Shown in pieces: positions 26,831-37,324 of a DNA stretch of 64,000 bases. The stretch covers positions 17,854 to 81,853 of the forward strand of contig JAKJHQ010000001.1 of assembly GCA_022703765.1 (NCBI GenBank), given 5' to 3'. The notes under the pieces were generated by a model. It saw only the letters and a list, made by a program, of their open reading frames with translations. It ran no database searches and had not been told where the DNA came from. Position 1 is the first letter of the stretch, and the number at the start of each line of letters is the position of its first letter. The translations under genes and the position numbers were made by a program. The DNA comes from Candidatus Wallbacteria bacterium. GTDB taxonomy: Bacteria > Muiribacteriota > UBA9980.

Positions 26831-28186
26831 TTATTTATTCTCTACTGTCTGTTTATGAACTTTTCCGCGCGCGAGCGAGCAGAACATACCGGCAAGGCAC
26901 AGGACGGCGAAAATTGTAAAAGCCGTTCGTGAGCAGGCGAGGAATTTATCCAGGTTAGCGGGGCCGATCTGTTGTTTACCGACGTAAAGGGCGATGAGCA
27001 TGCTTGAAATACCCATGCTCATGGCCTGGCCGGTAGAGCGCATGGTGGAAAGAATGCCGGAAGCGACGCCGTAGTATCTTTTTTCGACGGAGCTCATAAC
27101 CGCGTTGATATTCGGCGATGAAAACAGCGCGAACCCGAAGCCTATCATCAATAAATTCAAAACTATCATATTAAGCGAAGTATCGGCCGAAATAGCAGCG
27201 AATAAAAAAAGGCCAATTCCTGTGAGCCCGATTCCGGCGGAAGCCAGAAGCATGGGCTCTATTTTTTCGGAAAGCTTTCCGATCACGGGCGAGAAAACGG
27301 CCATCATAATCGGTTGGGCTATTAAAACGGCCCCGGCCTGGCGGGGCGCCATGCCTTTATTATACTGAAGATAGAGGCTAAGGAGAAAAGTGAGGCCGAA
27401 AGTCGCGCTGTAATGTATGAGCGCGGCAAGGTTCGACAGCGCGAACTGCCGGTTGCCTTTAAAAATGTTAACGTTCAAAACGGGGCTATCCACGACGGTT
27501 TCAATGCGTATAAAAACGAAGCCGGTCAGCATGCCGGCCGCGATTATATAAAATCCTGCCGGGGTGGGCAGTTTTGTAAAACCGTATAAAAGAAGGCACA
27601 TCGAAAGAGAGAAAACGGCTGAGCCTGCATAGTCGAAGCGTTCGCCGTGCGATTCGCTGCGCTCCGATTTTACTCCGTAATAAGTCAACAGGGCCGCCTG
27701 CAGGCTTACGGCGAAAGAAAACCAGAATATGCTGCGCCATCCGAAAGCCTGGGTCATGAACCCGCCGGCGAAAGGCCCCGCGGATAAACCGGTGTATGTG
27801 GAAGCGACGGTAAGGCCGAGCGCGCGGCCGCGGCCTTCTCCGGGGAAGGCGGACATTAAAATGGCCATAGAAGTGGAAAAAATCATCGACGAGCTTATGC
27901 CCTGAAAGGTGCGAAACGCTATTAAAGAATGGATGGACCCTGAAAACGCGCAAAACGCGTTCGACAGGGTAAACAAGGTTATTCCGGTAAGATATATTTT
28001 TTTGCGTCCGTAAATGTCGGCGAGCCTGCCGAAAGGCACCATTAAAACGGCCGAAACGAGAAGATACGACATGGCCACCCAGCTCATAAGAACGGCGTCG
28101 GCGGCAAATTCGCTTCCTATGGCCGGAAGCGCCACGTTAATGGCGGAACCCACGAAAGGGTTGATGAAGGCCGTAGATATCGCCAT
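26831..28186 (-). CDS. MFS transporter (drug:H+ antiporter-like, EmrB/QacA type).
   Basis: Multi-TM protein. VNVALPAIG ... GRLADIYGRKK (MFS motif A, GRLxDxxGRK) ... FRTFQGISSS. Confidence 0.8.
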   Translation of the reverse strand: MAISTAFINPFVGSAINVALPAIGSEFAADAVLMSWVAMSYLLVSAVLMVPFGRLADIYGRKKIYLTGITLFTLSNAFCAFSGSIHSLIAFRTFQGISSSMIFSTSMAILMSAFPGEGRGRALGLTVASTYTGLSAGPFAGGFMTQAFGWRSIFWFSFAVSLQAALLTYYGVKSERSESHGERFDYAGSAVFSLSMCLLLYGFTKLPTPAGFYIIAAGMLTGFVFIRIETVVDSPVLNVNIFKGNRQFALSNLAALIHYSATFGLTFLLSLYLQYNKGMAPRQAGAVLIAQPIMMAVFSPVIGKLSEKIEPMLLASAGIGLTGIGLFLFAAISADTSLNMIVLNLLMIGFGFALFSSPNINAVMSSVEKRYYGVASGILSTMRSTGQAMSMGISSMLIALYVGKQQIGPANLDKFLACSRTAFTIFAVLCLAGMFCSLARGKVHKQTVENK

Positions 28187-28426
28187 GATAAGAACGGCTT
28201 TTTTTTCGGAATCGGACGCCTGATAATTTTGTATAATATCTGTTTTGATAGCTATTGTCCTTTCGGCTAAAAATTAAAAAAACAAGAGGTTGTTAATCAT
28301 TTAATACGATAAATAAGTTGATGCCGATTATACTATAAAAGTAATGCGCAAGTCAAATCCGCTGGCCGCGCGCCGCGTAAAAAGTTTTAAAAAGCCTGTA
28401 ATACGGCATTTTTTTAATGTTCTTTA

Positions 28427-28451
28427 TTTTTGTTACGGTTTATGTTATAAT
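28427..28451 (+). promoter_or_regulatory. Candidate sigma-70 promoter for ssb, with an extended -10 (TGtTATAAT).
   Basis: tgttataat at 28443-28451, about 35 nt upstream of the ssb ATG. T-rich upstream. The -35 is weak. Confidence 0.3.
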
Positions 28452-28485
28452 AGCCTCACCTTAATAACTATATGGAGGACGAAAA

Positions 28486-28964
28486 TGGCATCATCATTAA
28501 ATAAAGTGCAGTTAATCGGGCGCCTGGGCAAAGACCCCGAAGTGCGTTCCACGCCGACGGGCCGCACGGTTACAACCATAACCCTCGCCACTTCCGAAAC
28601 TTTCGGAAAAGACGCCGACCGCAAAGAAAAAACCGAATGGCATAAGATCATATTATGGGACAAGCTCGGCCAGCTGGCGGGCAATTACCTTCGCAAAGGC
28701 CGCCAGGTCTTTATAGAAGGCCGCATTACCTACCGTGACTATATGGACCGCGACAATATCAAGCGTTACGTGACTGAAATAGTCGCCAACAGCATGGTAT
28801 TTCTGGGTTCCAAAGATGAATCGGCCGGCGGCGGGCGTTCTTTTTCCAACGAACCGAACGCCGATTACGCTCCGGAACCGGCGGCGGACTTTTCTTCGCA
28901 GGACATGGATAAATACGCGGCTTCCATGCAAAATCTCGGAAGCGACGACGAGGTACCGTTTTAA
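28486..28964 (+). CDS. ssb: Single-stranded DNA-binding protein.
   Basis: OB fold: VQLIGRLGKDPEVRSTPTGRTVTTITLATSE ... WHKIILWDKLGQLAGNYLRKGRQVFIEGRI. Acidic C-terminal tail SDDEVPF. GGAGG RBS at the ATG at 28486. Confidence 0.9.
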
Positions 28965-28966
28965 AG

Positions 28967-29311
28967 ATGGGATTACGCTCGATCGAAGACATAGAAAACC
29001 AGGTCGAGGACGAAATCCTCAGAAACGCCGAAGAGCGTTACAGGGATGAAAACGACCGCGAATACGTCCTGGTTTTAAAGGCCAAAGACCTTATAATGGC
29101 CGATATGGCCGAAGGGCTTTTAAACGACAACGATATCGAAGTGATCAAAAAATCCGACAGCGCGAAGGGCATCTTCGGAGTGAGCATGTTTCCTCCGGCG
29201 CTTTACGTGCCGGCCGAAGATTTTGAGCGCGCGTTCGATATCCTTTCCGGGTGCGGTTTTTTCGACGAAACGGAAAACGAGATAGAATCCGATGTCGATG
29301 AAAATAAATAA
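28967..29311 (+). CDS. Small acidic protein, possibly DUF2007-like.
   Basis: Starts 2 nt after the ssb stop. YVLVLKAKDLIMADMAEGLLNDNDIEV ... ALYVPAEDFERAFDIL fits a DUF2007-type pattern. The family assignment is uncertain. Confidence 0.4.
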   Translation: MGLRSIEDIENQVEDEILRNAEERYRDENDREYVLVLKAKDLIMADMAEGLLNDNDIEVIKKSDSAKGIFGVSMFPPALYVPAEDFERAFDILSGCGFFDETENEIESDVDENK

Positions 29312-29335
29312 GCGGTTTTTCGTAAAAACTCAAAG

Positions 29336-31429
29336 ATGAATTTTAAAAATATTTCCGGATTAAAGCATCTTATAATCATATTATACATGGCGGGTTTTTT
29401 TATACCCGCCATTTTTAATAACGCGGCGGCGGCGCCGATAAGTGAAAACACCCGCACGCTCGAGGTAAAGCTGCGCTATAAAGCGGTCGATGAAATAAAC
29501 ATATCGTCCGCTTTTTTAGAGGAAGACAGCCGTTCGGAGGCGGGCGGAAGCCTTTTTAAAAACTTTCGCAACAGCCGTGTAATAAACGATTTCACGCTCG
29601 ACGGGGGGCTTCTTGTAACGGCCGGCGATTTCGGCGCAGGCTTAACGCGCATGGCATTCGCGGGCGAAAGCGGCGGCGCGGGAAATTTATTCGAAGAGCG
29701 CAAATACGAAAACGCATTTAAAACATTAAACGGCGGCGGCTGTTTCGGCGCCGAGTTAAGCGCGGCGGCCTTCGACGGCGATAATTTTTATTTCGGCGCC
29801 AGGGGCGGAGATTTAATAGAATTAAACGACAGGTCAATCAGGCGCATTTCAATAATCAGCGCGGCGGGCCGTTTCGGCATCAACAAGCTTAAATCTCGGG
29901 GCGGCGCGCTTTTCATACTGACGGCCGGCGGCGGGCTTTATATTTACGTTAAAAACAGGATTTATAAAATATCAGACCGCTCTCACGGCCTTCCATCGAA
30001 CGACGTAAACGACATAGATATATTCGAAAAAGATAATATAACATATCTGGCGCTCGCCCTTTCCGGCGGGAGCGTTATTTTAAAAGTCAACAGCTTCGAA
30101 GCCAACGATTTAGAGCGGGTTTATTTACAGAAATCGGCTTCTTCGTTCGACGCGGCTTTTTACGCGGACGGCAGCGTTTATTTCGGCGGGGCTTCGGGCC
30201 TCGAACGGGTTGAAATGTGCGCCGTTAATTTTGAAAAAGCCCTCGTTTTAAAAGATATATTCGTGACTTCGATAACCGGCGCGGGCGGCGGAAAAACAGC
30301 TGCGGACGGAAACCCGGCCATAATCTTTTCCACCTACGCGTCGGGCGTATTCAGGCTCGACTGCCGCGGCGGCGCTCCTATAAAATTGATAACGCAATCC
30401 AGGCTCGCTTCGCTCAAGGCAGCCGAAGGCATCAAAAAGGTCGAAGCCGGCGGGGACGGCCTTTATCTTCTTTCAAAAAACGCATTATTCAAATACGGCG
30501 GTTCGCGGCTGCAAATAATCGAGGAAAACAGGCGCGGTTTTTCCGATAAAATAACCGCGCTTTGCGAATATGCCGGCTATTTGTTCTGCGCCACGTTCGA
30601 CGGCGGAGTTTTCGTTTACGACCGCGGGCGCGCGGCGGATTTCGGTTCGCTCTGCGCGCAGAAGCTTTCGGGCGCGCAGACCAACGCCCTGGCGGCATTC
30701 GGAAATTACCTTTTAATAGGCTCTACCAGCGGGCTGGACGTATTCGATTACTCTTCGCGCCGCCTGGTTCCGCTTAAAAATCAGCTGGAAAGCCCGCGCG
30801 TAAATGCCCTGCACGTTTCCTCCGACAGGGCGTTCATAGGCACTTCCGCCGGAATATCGGTTCTGAAGGCCGACATGAGCGTCGAAAATATAAGCCTGGA
30901 CCCGAATATAATAGATAAACGCGTTTACTGCGTTTATTACGACCGGGCGGCGGATATAATTTATTTCGGCACTTACAGGGGTTTCGGCGAAATGAAGTAT
31001 TCATCGCGGCAGCTCAAGACTTATTTTACGATCAATTCCGCGATAGCCGATAACTGGATAACGGCCATAGCGCCTTACGGCGCAGATAATTTACTCGCGG
31101 CCACCTATGATCGGGGCATATCGCTTTTCAACGTCAGGACTAAAAAATTTACGCCGTTCGGCGCGAAAAACACTCTGCCTTCAAAAATGGTAAACGCCAA
31201 CGCGCTTTTTAATCACGGCGATTTCATTTTCGCAGGAACGTATAACGGCGGGCTCGCCTTAATAGACCGAGGCCGCGGCGGCCGCTTTAGGCATTTCAAC
31301 TCCAGAAACGCGATCATGTCCAACATGGTCACCTCATTTGCCGTTTATAAGGACATGATAGCGGCGGGCACTTTTTCGGGCATTTCGTTCATAAGGCAAA
31401 AAGACCTGCAAAGCGCGTTCGAGTTTTAA
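29336..31429 (+). CDS. Secreted beta-propeller-like repeat protein (two-component-regulator-propeller-like repeats).
   Basis: Signal peptide LIIILYMAGFFIPAIFNNAAAA. Recurrent G.GLY ... GL.SN.VN blades, for example GGGLYIYVKNRIYKISDRSHGLPSNDVNDI. Confidence 0.45.
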   Translation: MNFKNISGLKHLIIILYMAGFFIPAIFNNAAAAPISENTRTLEVKLRYKAVDEINISSAFLEEDSRSEAGGSLFKNFRNSRVINDFTLDGGLLVTAGDFGAGLTRMAFAGESGGAGNLFEERKYENAFKTLNGGGCFGAELSAAAFDGDNFYFGARGGDLIELNDRSIRRISIISAAGRFGINKLKSRGGALFILTAGGGLYIYVKNRIYKISDRSHGLPSNDVNDIDIFEKDNITYLALALSGGSVILKVNSFEANDLERVYLQKSASSFDAAFYADGSVYFGGASGLERVEMCAVNFEKALVLKDIFVTSITGAGGGKTAADGNPAIIFSTYASGVFRLDCRGGAPIKLITQSRLASLKAAEGIKKVEAGGDGLYLLSKNALFKYGGSRLQIIEENRRGFSDKITALCEYAGYLFCATFDGGVFVYDRGRAADFGSLCAQKLSGAQTNALAAFGNYLLIGSTSGLDVFDYSSRRLVPLKNQLESPRVNALHVSSDRAFIGTSAGISVLKADMSVENISLDPNIIDKRVYCVYYDRAADIIYFGTYRGFGEMKYSSRQLKTYFTINSAIADNWITAIAPYGADNLLAATYDRGISLFNVRTKKFTPFGAKNTLPSKMVNANALFNHGDFIFAGTYNGGLALIDRGRGGRFRHFNSRNAIMSNMVTSFAVYKDMIAAGTFSGISFIRQKDLQSAFEF

Positions 31430-31483
31430 AGGCATTGCGGCTGATTTCCTGAAGGCTATTTTTAGTGTATAGGCAGGCCGGTT

Positions 31484-32536
31484 ATGAAAAAATATACCGA
31501 CGCAATATTATTTTTTTTATATATACGCCGGTTTGCGGTTCTATTAGCCGCAGCGGCTCTTTTAACGGCGTTCGATTCGCCGTTTTTCATCTTTTCCGCC
31601 CGGGCGGAAGGTCTTAAAAACAGCTTTTACCGCGGCGAGCTTTCGAGCGGCGAGATACAAATCTATAACCGCATGGCCGATAAGTTCGACAGTATGCGCG
31701 GCGGCAAATATTCAAAAAAAGAGATATTCGCGGCGGCGGTAAATATTAATACCGGCAAGGTCGTTTTCGCGAGCGACCGCGATTTTTTTTACGGGCGCAA
31801 GATCTCGCCGGGCTCGATTATTAAGATATTCGATTACGCGCTTATATTAAAGCATATCAAAAACGCTTCAAGCGTAAAGTTTTATTGCAAAGACGAAAGC
31901 GTCTCCGGCGGGCGGCGCTACAACTGCTCTCAAAAAGGCGGGCACGGAGAAGTAGATCTGGAGTCGGCCTTTTGCAATTCATGCAATTTATATTTCAAAA
32001 AATTCATGGGTCTTATACCTCGGCGCGAGTTCGCCGGCGCTTTAAAAAGGTGCGGTTTTATAGATGAAGCCGAAGAAAAAGCCCTTTTAAAAGCTTCGAG
32101 CGAGCGTTACCTGCAGGCCGCGATAGGCGACGGCCCCGTAAAAGTTACGCCGCAAAAATTAATCGAACTCGTAACGTTTCTCGCGGCTCCCGATTCGCCG
32201 GCCTCGGCCGATGCGGGCGGATACCGTCTGGTTTTCGACGGCGGCTGCGCCGAAAAAATCAACTTCGCGATGCGCGGCGTCGTAACCCGCGGCACTGCAT
32301 TTAACGCCATGGCCGGAACGGATTGCGCGGCCAAAACCGGTTCAGCGGGGATTTCAGCACGCATAGAAAAGGGGAAAAAGATTATAATAACCAGCGGCGT
32401 TTTTTTATGCTATACTCCGTATATAAATCCAGAATACGCGATCATGACTTTCTGCGAACCGGGGACGGGCGGAATAGAGGCCGCCGGGCTCGCGCGCGAA
32501 TTAATTTCCGCCATAGGCGAACCGCTTATCAAATAG
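31484..32536 (+). CDS. Serine beta-lactamase / penicillin-binding-protein (transpeptidase-fold) family protein.
   Basis: SxxK (SPGSIIK), SxN (CNSCN) and KTG (AAKTGSAG) in the canonical order and spacing. N-terminal hydrophobic segment. Confidence 0.6.
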   Translation: MKKYTDAILFFLYIRRFAVLLAAAALLTAFDSPFFIFSARAEGLKNSFYRGELSSGEIQIYNRMADKFDSMRGGKYSKKEIFAAAVNINTGKVVFASDRDFFYGRKISPGSIIKIFDYALILKHIKNASSVKFYCKDESVSGGRRYNCSQKGGHGEVDLESAFCNSCNLYFKKFMGLIPRREFAGALKRCGFIDEAEEKALLKASSERYLQAAIGDGPVKVTPQKLIELVTFLAAPDSPASADAGGYRLVFDGGCAEKINFAMRGVVTRGTAFNAMAGTDCAAKTGSAGISARIEKGKKIIITSGVFLCYTPYINPEYAIMTFCEPGTGGIEAAGLARELISAIGEPLIK

Positions 32537-32537
32537 G

Positions 32538-32735
32538 CTCTTATTCATTTCATGTGGGCAAGTTTATTAGTGAACAGTGTAGAGTGGATAGTGAATAGTT
32601 AAGGCCGGGGCTCGCCCTGCGAGCTTTATATATAAAATATTAAAAACGCCTTATAGAAATTTCCAAAAGTCCTTTAGTTCTCAACTCTCCACTCTAAACT
32701 CTTAATTTAATTTAAATATTTTACCCATACGAGAT
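32538..32735 (+). repeat. Intergenic repeat element with head (H) and tail (T) modules.
   Basis: ttcatttcatgtgggcaagtttattagtgaacagtgtagagtggatagtgaatagttaaggccggggctcgccctgcgagctttatatataaaatat ... ttagttctcaactctccactctaaactcttaatttaatttaaatattttacccatac. Its reverse complement recurs at 37325-37523. Confidence 0.85.
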
Positions 32736-32890
32736 GAAAAAGAACCATCAAATAGTATATTCAGTTTTAAATATATTCTATGTCTTTTTCTTTAAAAACG
32801 CTCAAAAGCGGGTTTGCATTTTGCGGCAGGATATTGTATAATATATCCATTAAATTTACGGCAGCATATATATCAAACGGGAGGTATGAA

Positions 32891-34330
32891 ATGAAAAGTG
32901 TTATCGAAGACGTGTTCAAGCGTCTTAAAAACGGCGGCGCCAGCTATTCGGACATCAGAATTATAAACATGACCGAAGAAGGGGTCGCTACAAATAACGT
33001 TAAAGTCGATAATTATAATATTTCCACCGACGAAGGCTTCGGAATACGGGTATTTTATAACGGCGCCATGGGCTTCGCCTCGTCTAATATAGTAAACGAG
33101 AACGAAATCAGGCGCGTGGCGGATTTCGCTTTTTCCATAGCTAAAGCTTCGGCCCTGACGGTAGATAAGCCGGCTAAACTCGCCCCGTGCGACCCCGTAA
33201 AAGACAAATACGCCACTCATATAGAAATCGATCCGTTTAAAGTGTCGCTCGATGAAAAGCTCGGCCTTTTATTCGACTGCGAAGACCTTATGAGAACGGT
33301 AAAAGGCGTTTCGCTCACCAAGGGATTTTTAAAATTCTGGAAAACCGATAAAAAATTCTATTCGTCCGACGGCGCAGATATAGAGCAAACCATATACGAA
33401 TCGGGCGGCGGCATCGAATGCTATTCGATCGCCAACGGCGACTTTCAGAAACGCTCTTTCCCCAATTCGTTCCGCGGCAACTACGGCACGGCCGGATACG
33501 AATATATCAAAAAGCTCGGCCTGAAAGAAAATTCCGAAAGAATAGCCCGCGAATGCGCCGCCCTCATAGACGCTCCCCAGATGCCTTCGGGCCTGGCCAC
33601 CCTTATAATCGGCGGCTCCCAGCTCGGCCTTCAGGTGCACGAATCATGCGGCCACGCGGTAGAACTCGACCGCGTGCTGGGCCTTGAAGCGAGCTACGCC
33701 GGCACTTCTTTTTTAACGCTGGACAAGCGCGGCACTTTCAAGTACGGCTCTAAAATAGTCAATCTGGTGGCCGACGGCACGATCCCGGGCGGCCTGGGCT
33801 CGTTCAAATACGACGACGAAGGCGTTCCGGCGCAGAGGATCGAAATAGTCAAAGACGGAATTTTCATGAATTATCTTTCTTCGCGCGACACGGCGGCCTG
33901 CCTGAACGAAGCATCCAACGGCACGGCGCGCGCCGACGGCTGGGCGAGGATCCCCATAGTCAGAATGACCAACATAAATCTGGAACCCGGAGAACCCTCG
34001 CTGGAAGAGTTAATCGCCGACACCAAAGACGGCTATTTCATAGACACCAACACTTCATGGTCTATAGACGATAAGCGCGTAAACTTTCAGTTCGGCTGCG
34101 AAATCGCGTGGGAAATAAAAGACGGAAAACTCGGAAAAATCTTTAAAAACCCCACATATTACGGCATCACTCCCGAATTCTGGGGCAATTGCGACGCCAT
34201 ATGCAATAAAGACCATCAGGTAATATGGGGAACTCCGAACTGCGGCAAGGGCGAGCCCGGGCAGGTAATGCACGTCGCGCACCGCACTTCTCCGGCCAGA
34301 TTCAGAAATGTAAGGGTAGGTGTTAAATAA
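32891..34330 (+). CDS. tldD: TldD-family metalloprotease.
   Basis: HExxxH motif HESCGHAVELDRV and the GTSFL region. Start set at ATG 32891, which has a GGGAGG RBS; the longer ORF from 32780 runs into the repeat. Confidence 0.8.
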   Translation: MKSVIEDVFKRLKNGGASYSDIRIINMTEEGVATNNVKVDNYNISTDEGFGIRVFYNGAMGFASSNIVNENEIRRVADFAFSIAKASALTVDKPAKLAPCDPVKDKYATHIEIDPFKVSLDEKLGLLFDCEDLMRTVKGVSLTKGFLKFWKTDKKFYSSDGADIEQTIYESGGGIECYSIANGDFQKRSFPNSFRGNYGTAGYEYIKKLGLKENSERIARECAALIDAPQMPSGLATLIIGGSQLGLQVHESCGHAVELDRVLGLEASYAGTSFLTLDKRGTFKYGSKIVNLVADGTIPGGLGSFKYDDEGVPAQRIEIVKDGIFMNYLSSRDTAACLNEASNGTARADGWARIPIVRMTNINLEPGEPSLEELIADTKDGYFIDTNTSWSIDDKRVNFQFGCEIAWEIKDGKLGKIFKNPTYYGITPEFWGNCDAICNKDHQVIWGTPNCGKGEPGQVMHVAHRTSPARFRNVRVGVK

Positions 34331-34332
34331 TT

Positions 34333-35682
34333 ATGATTTTCGGTGAAAAAGAATTCAATAAAATTTACGATTATATAAAAAGCAATTCAAAATTCGACAA
34401 ATTCGACGTGCTCATAAACGCGTTCGACAGCAAGCTCACGCGCTTCGCCAACTCCATAATACATCAGAACGTAGCGGAAAAGAACTTCTCGGTCCTTCTG
34501 CGCGGCGTCAAAAATAACCGCGTCGGAGTGGCTTCGGTCAATTCGAACGACAGCGCCAAACTCGGAGCGCTGATTAAAAACGTAGAAACCATAATTTCAT
34601 TGAAAAAAGAGGACGAAGACGCCTGCATAGTTGATAAATGGGAAGAAATGCCGTCCTACACGCAATTCTGGAACGAAAACACGGCCAAACACACTCCGGA
34701 GCAGATGGCCAGATCCGTTGACGTCATCCTTAAAAAAGCGAAAAGCAATAAAATAGACGCGTTCGGCGCGTTCGAAGTGAATTTATCGGAGCTGTTCTTC
34801 GCGAACTCCTTCGGGCTTAAAAGGTACAATCCCGTCACCATGGCTTCGGTCAACGTGACCGCCATGGGCGATCAATACACATACGCCGGGCTTTCGCTCG
34901 GGCGCAACTGCGACGTTTCAAAGCTCGATTTCGACGCTATCGGCGACGAAGCCTGCGGCATATGCCTTAGGGCCAAAAATCCCGTGGACGTAGAGCCGGG
35001 CCGCTACGACGTAATTTTGTCGCATCAGGCCGGCGAGCACCTTTTCGGCATGCTCAGCTATCTGGGGTTTTCGGCGCGCAGTTACCAGGAAGGCCGAAGC
35101 TTCCTCTGCGGAAAACTTGGAACTAAAATATGCGGCGAAAATATAACTCTGTGGGACGACGGCCTGGACGTAAACGGTCAGCCGATGCCCTTCGATTTCG
35201 AGGGCGTTAAAAAAGAAAAAGTGACGCTCATTGAAAACGGAGTGGCAAAAAATATAGTCTACGACACCAAAACCGCGAAAAAAGACAATAAAAAATCCAC
35301 CGGGCATGCGCTTCCGGCCAATTCTTCCTACGGCCCGCTGCCATGGAACCTTTTCGTCAAACCCGGCGACAAAACCAAAGAAGAAATGATCAAGTCCACT
35401 AAAAAAGGGCTTCTGATAACTTCGTTTCATTATGTAAATATAGTGAATCCGCGTGAAACCACGATAACCGGCATGACAAGAAACGGCACGTTCATGATAG
35501 AAGACGGAAAAGTGACCCGCCCCATCAAGAACCTGCGCTTTACCGAAAGCATCTGCACGGCGCTTTCTAACGTAGAGGCGCTCGGAAACGACCCGAAACT
35601 CATGGGCGATTCGTTCGGCGGCACCGTGCTTCCGACGATGAAAATAAAGGGCTTCAACTTCACTTCAAAAACGGAGTTTTAA
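34333..35682 (+). CDS. pmbA: PmbA/TldE-family protein, the partner of TldD.
   Basis: C-terminal TGMTRNGTFMIEDGKV is typical of the PmbA/TldD family. It starts 2 nt after the tldD stop. Confidence 0.8.
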   Translation: MIFGEKEFNKIYDYIKSNSKFDKFDVLINAFDSKLTRFANSIIHQNVAEKNFSVLLRGVKNNRVGVASVNSNDSAKLGALIKNVETIISLKKEDEDACIVDKWEEMPSYTQFWNENTAKHTPEQMARSVDVILKKAKSNKIDAFGAFEVNLSELFFANSFGLKRYNPVTMASVNVTAMGDQYTYAGLSLGRNCDVSKLDFDAIGDEACGICLRAKNPVDVEPGRYDVILSHQAGEHLFGMLSYLGFSARSYQEGRSFLCGKLGTKICGENITLWDDGLDVNGQPMPFDFEGVKKEKVTLIENGVAKNIVYDTKTAKKDNKKSTGHALPANSSYGPLPWNLFVKPGDKTKEEMIKSTKKGLLITSFHYVNIVNPRETTITGMTRNGTFMIEDGKVTRPIKNLRFTESICTALSNVEALGNDPKLMGDSFGGTVLPTMKIKGFNFTSKTEF

Positions 35683-35685
35683 AGC

Positions 35686-37239
35686 TTATAATATCCTGTA
35701 AATTTCCACAGGAGCTTCTTTGCCTTTAAGCAAGGTTTCACCCGCTTTTTCGAATTCAATATTCGCAGGAGCGGGTGAAATCTTTTTATAAACGTCTGAA
35801 GTTATGAGGATATCGGCCTTGTAATCTTTAGTTTTCGATTCTATGCGGGAAGCTATATTGACGGTATCGCCGATGACGGTATATTCAAGGCGCGACGAAG
35901 TGCCTATATTTCCGGCCACCAGCGTTCCGGTATGGATTCCGATCCCGAATTTAATTTCTCCGGCGGGCTTGACGCCGTTTTTATTGAACTCTTCGAGCGC
36001 GCCGCGCATTTTAACGGCCGACAGCACCGCGTCGCGCACGTGATCGGCGGAACCGAGAGAAGGCACATAAATCGCCATCACGGCGTCGCCTATAAATTTA
36101 TTTATGACGCCGTGATTTTCGATAATCGGCGCGGTTATGTAAGAAAAATAAGAATTGAGCATTTCGACGAGCTGCCTTGCGCTGATTTTTTCGGATATGC
36201 TCGTGAAATTCCTTATATCGCAAAACAAAACAGTGGCTTCTATCTCTTCGCCGCCGGGGTCCATTTTGCCGCTTTTCAAAAGTTCGCGCGCGACTTCTAT
36301 GGATACGTACTTGCCGAAAGTTTCGCGCAAAAGTTCGCGTTCGCGAAGCTGGGAGGTCATCACGTTAAAGTGAGACTTTATCCTGGCGATTTCATCGGTG
36401 AAATAAATCCTTGATTTAACGTTAAAATCTCCGGCGGCAAGCCTTTTCATTTTTTCCGAAAGGTCGTCGAGAGGTTTTTGAAGATTTTTAACGATAAATG
36501 CCACGCCGAGCGTCATCGGCGTGAAAGCTCCGACTAAAACCAGGTTCCAGAGAAAATCGGACTGGTCGCCGGAAACGGGAAACGAATTAACCGTAAAAAG
36601 ATAAATCAGCGTAAGCGGAATAACAGCGGTGGATATTACGAGCATTATTATTTTAGCGGCTATGGATATCTGATAGCCTTCTTTCATTCGGTACAGCTCT
36701 TCTTCTTCGTATAAAAAACCGATATAATCTCCCGCGCCGCCGAATAGAAGGGTGTCTAAAAATACGGCCGCGAAGCATAGCTGCACAATAACCGAAAGCG
36801 CCATTGCCGGAAGGTTATATTTAAAAAAATACGCCCAGACGATAAAATTTCTATAAATTACGATATGGGCGCAGACTTTAGCCACAAAGACCGATATGAA
36901 AATGCCGAATATGTCGCGGTATATAAAAGCGATTTTCCGGCGGGCGGCCGAGCGGTTTTCGGGCGTGGGATTTTTTGAAAAGCGCCATAGCGGGATAAAC
37001 CATAAGCCAAACATCACCAGCATAAAAGAAAAGCCGAAAGCTATCCAGTTGAATTTTACGCCGGAGCCGTAATCGATGACGGAGCGGATCTTCTCTTTAT
37101 CCCCGAGGCCCGTGACCGCCATATAAAAAAATATAGTGAAGATGGAATCTACGCCGAGAGTGTAAAACGGCGTTATCATTACCTGATAAAGGTTTCCAAG
37201 CGGAAGTTTTTTAGAATCCGGCTTTAATTCATCGTTCAT
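35686..37239 (-). CDS. Membrane class III adenylate/guanylate cyclase with a HAMP-like linker.
   Basis: N-terminal multi-TM region. CHD motifs ATVLFCDIRNFTSISE ... FIGDAVMAIY ... GIGIHTGTLVAGNIGT ... YTVIGDTVNIASRIE. Confidence 0.85.
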   Translation of the reverse strand: MNDELKPDSKKLPLGNLYQVMITPFYTLGVDSIFTIFFYMAVTGLGDKEKIRSVIDYGSGVKFNWIAFGFSFMLVMFGLWFIPLWRFSKNPTPENRSAARRKIAFIYRDIFGIFISVFVAKVCAHIVIYRNFIVWAYFFKYNLPAMALSVIVQLCFAAVFLDTLLFGGAGDYIGFLYEEEELYRMKEGYQISIAAKIIMLVISTAVIPLTLIYLFTVNSFPVSGDQSDFLWNLVLVGAFTPMTLGVAFIVKNLQKPLDDLSEKMKRLAAGDFNVKSRIYFTDEIARIKSHFNVMTSQLRERELLRETFGKYVSIEVARELLKSGKMDPGGEEIEATVLFCDIRNFTSISEKISARQLVEMLNSYFSYITAPIIENHGVINKFIGDAVMAIYVPSLGSADHVRDAVLSAVKMRGALEEFNKNGVKPAGEIKFGIGIHTGTLVAGNIGTSSRLEYTVIGDTVNIASRIESKTKDYKADILITSDVYKKISPAPANIEFEKAGETLLKGKEAPVEIYRIL

Positions 37240-37324
37240 TTTTTACCCTGCGCATAATATAAATTTCATGGTTTTATAATTTTACATCATCCGGCCGGAT
37301 AAATCAATAAATTTGGTTATTTTT

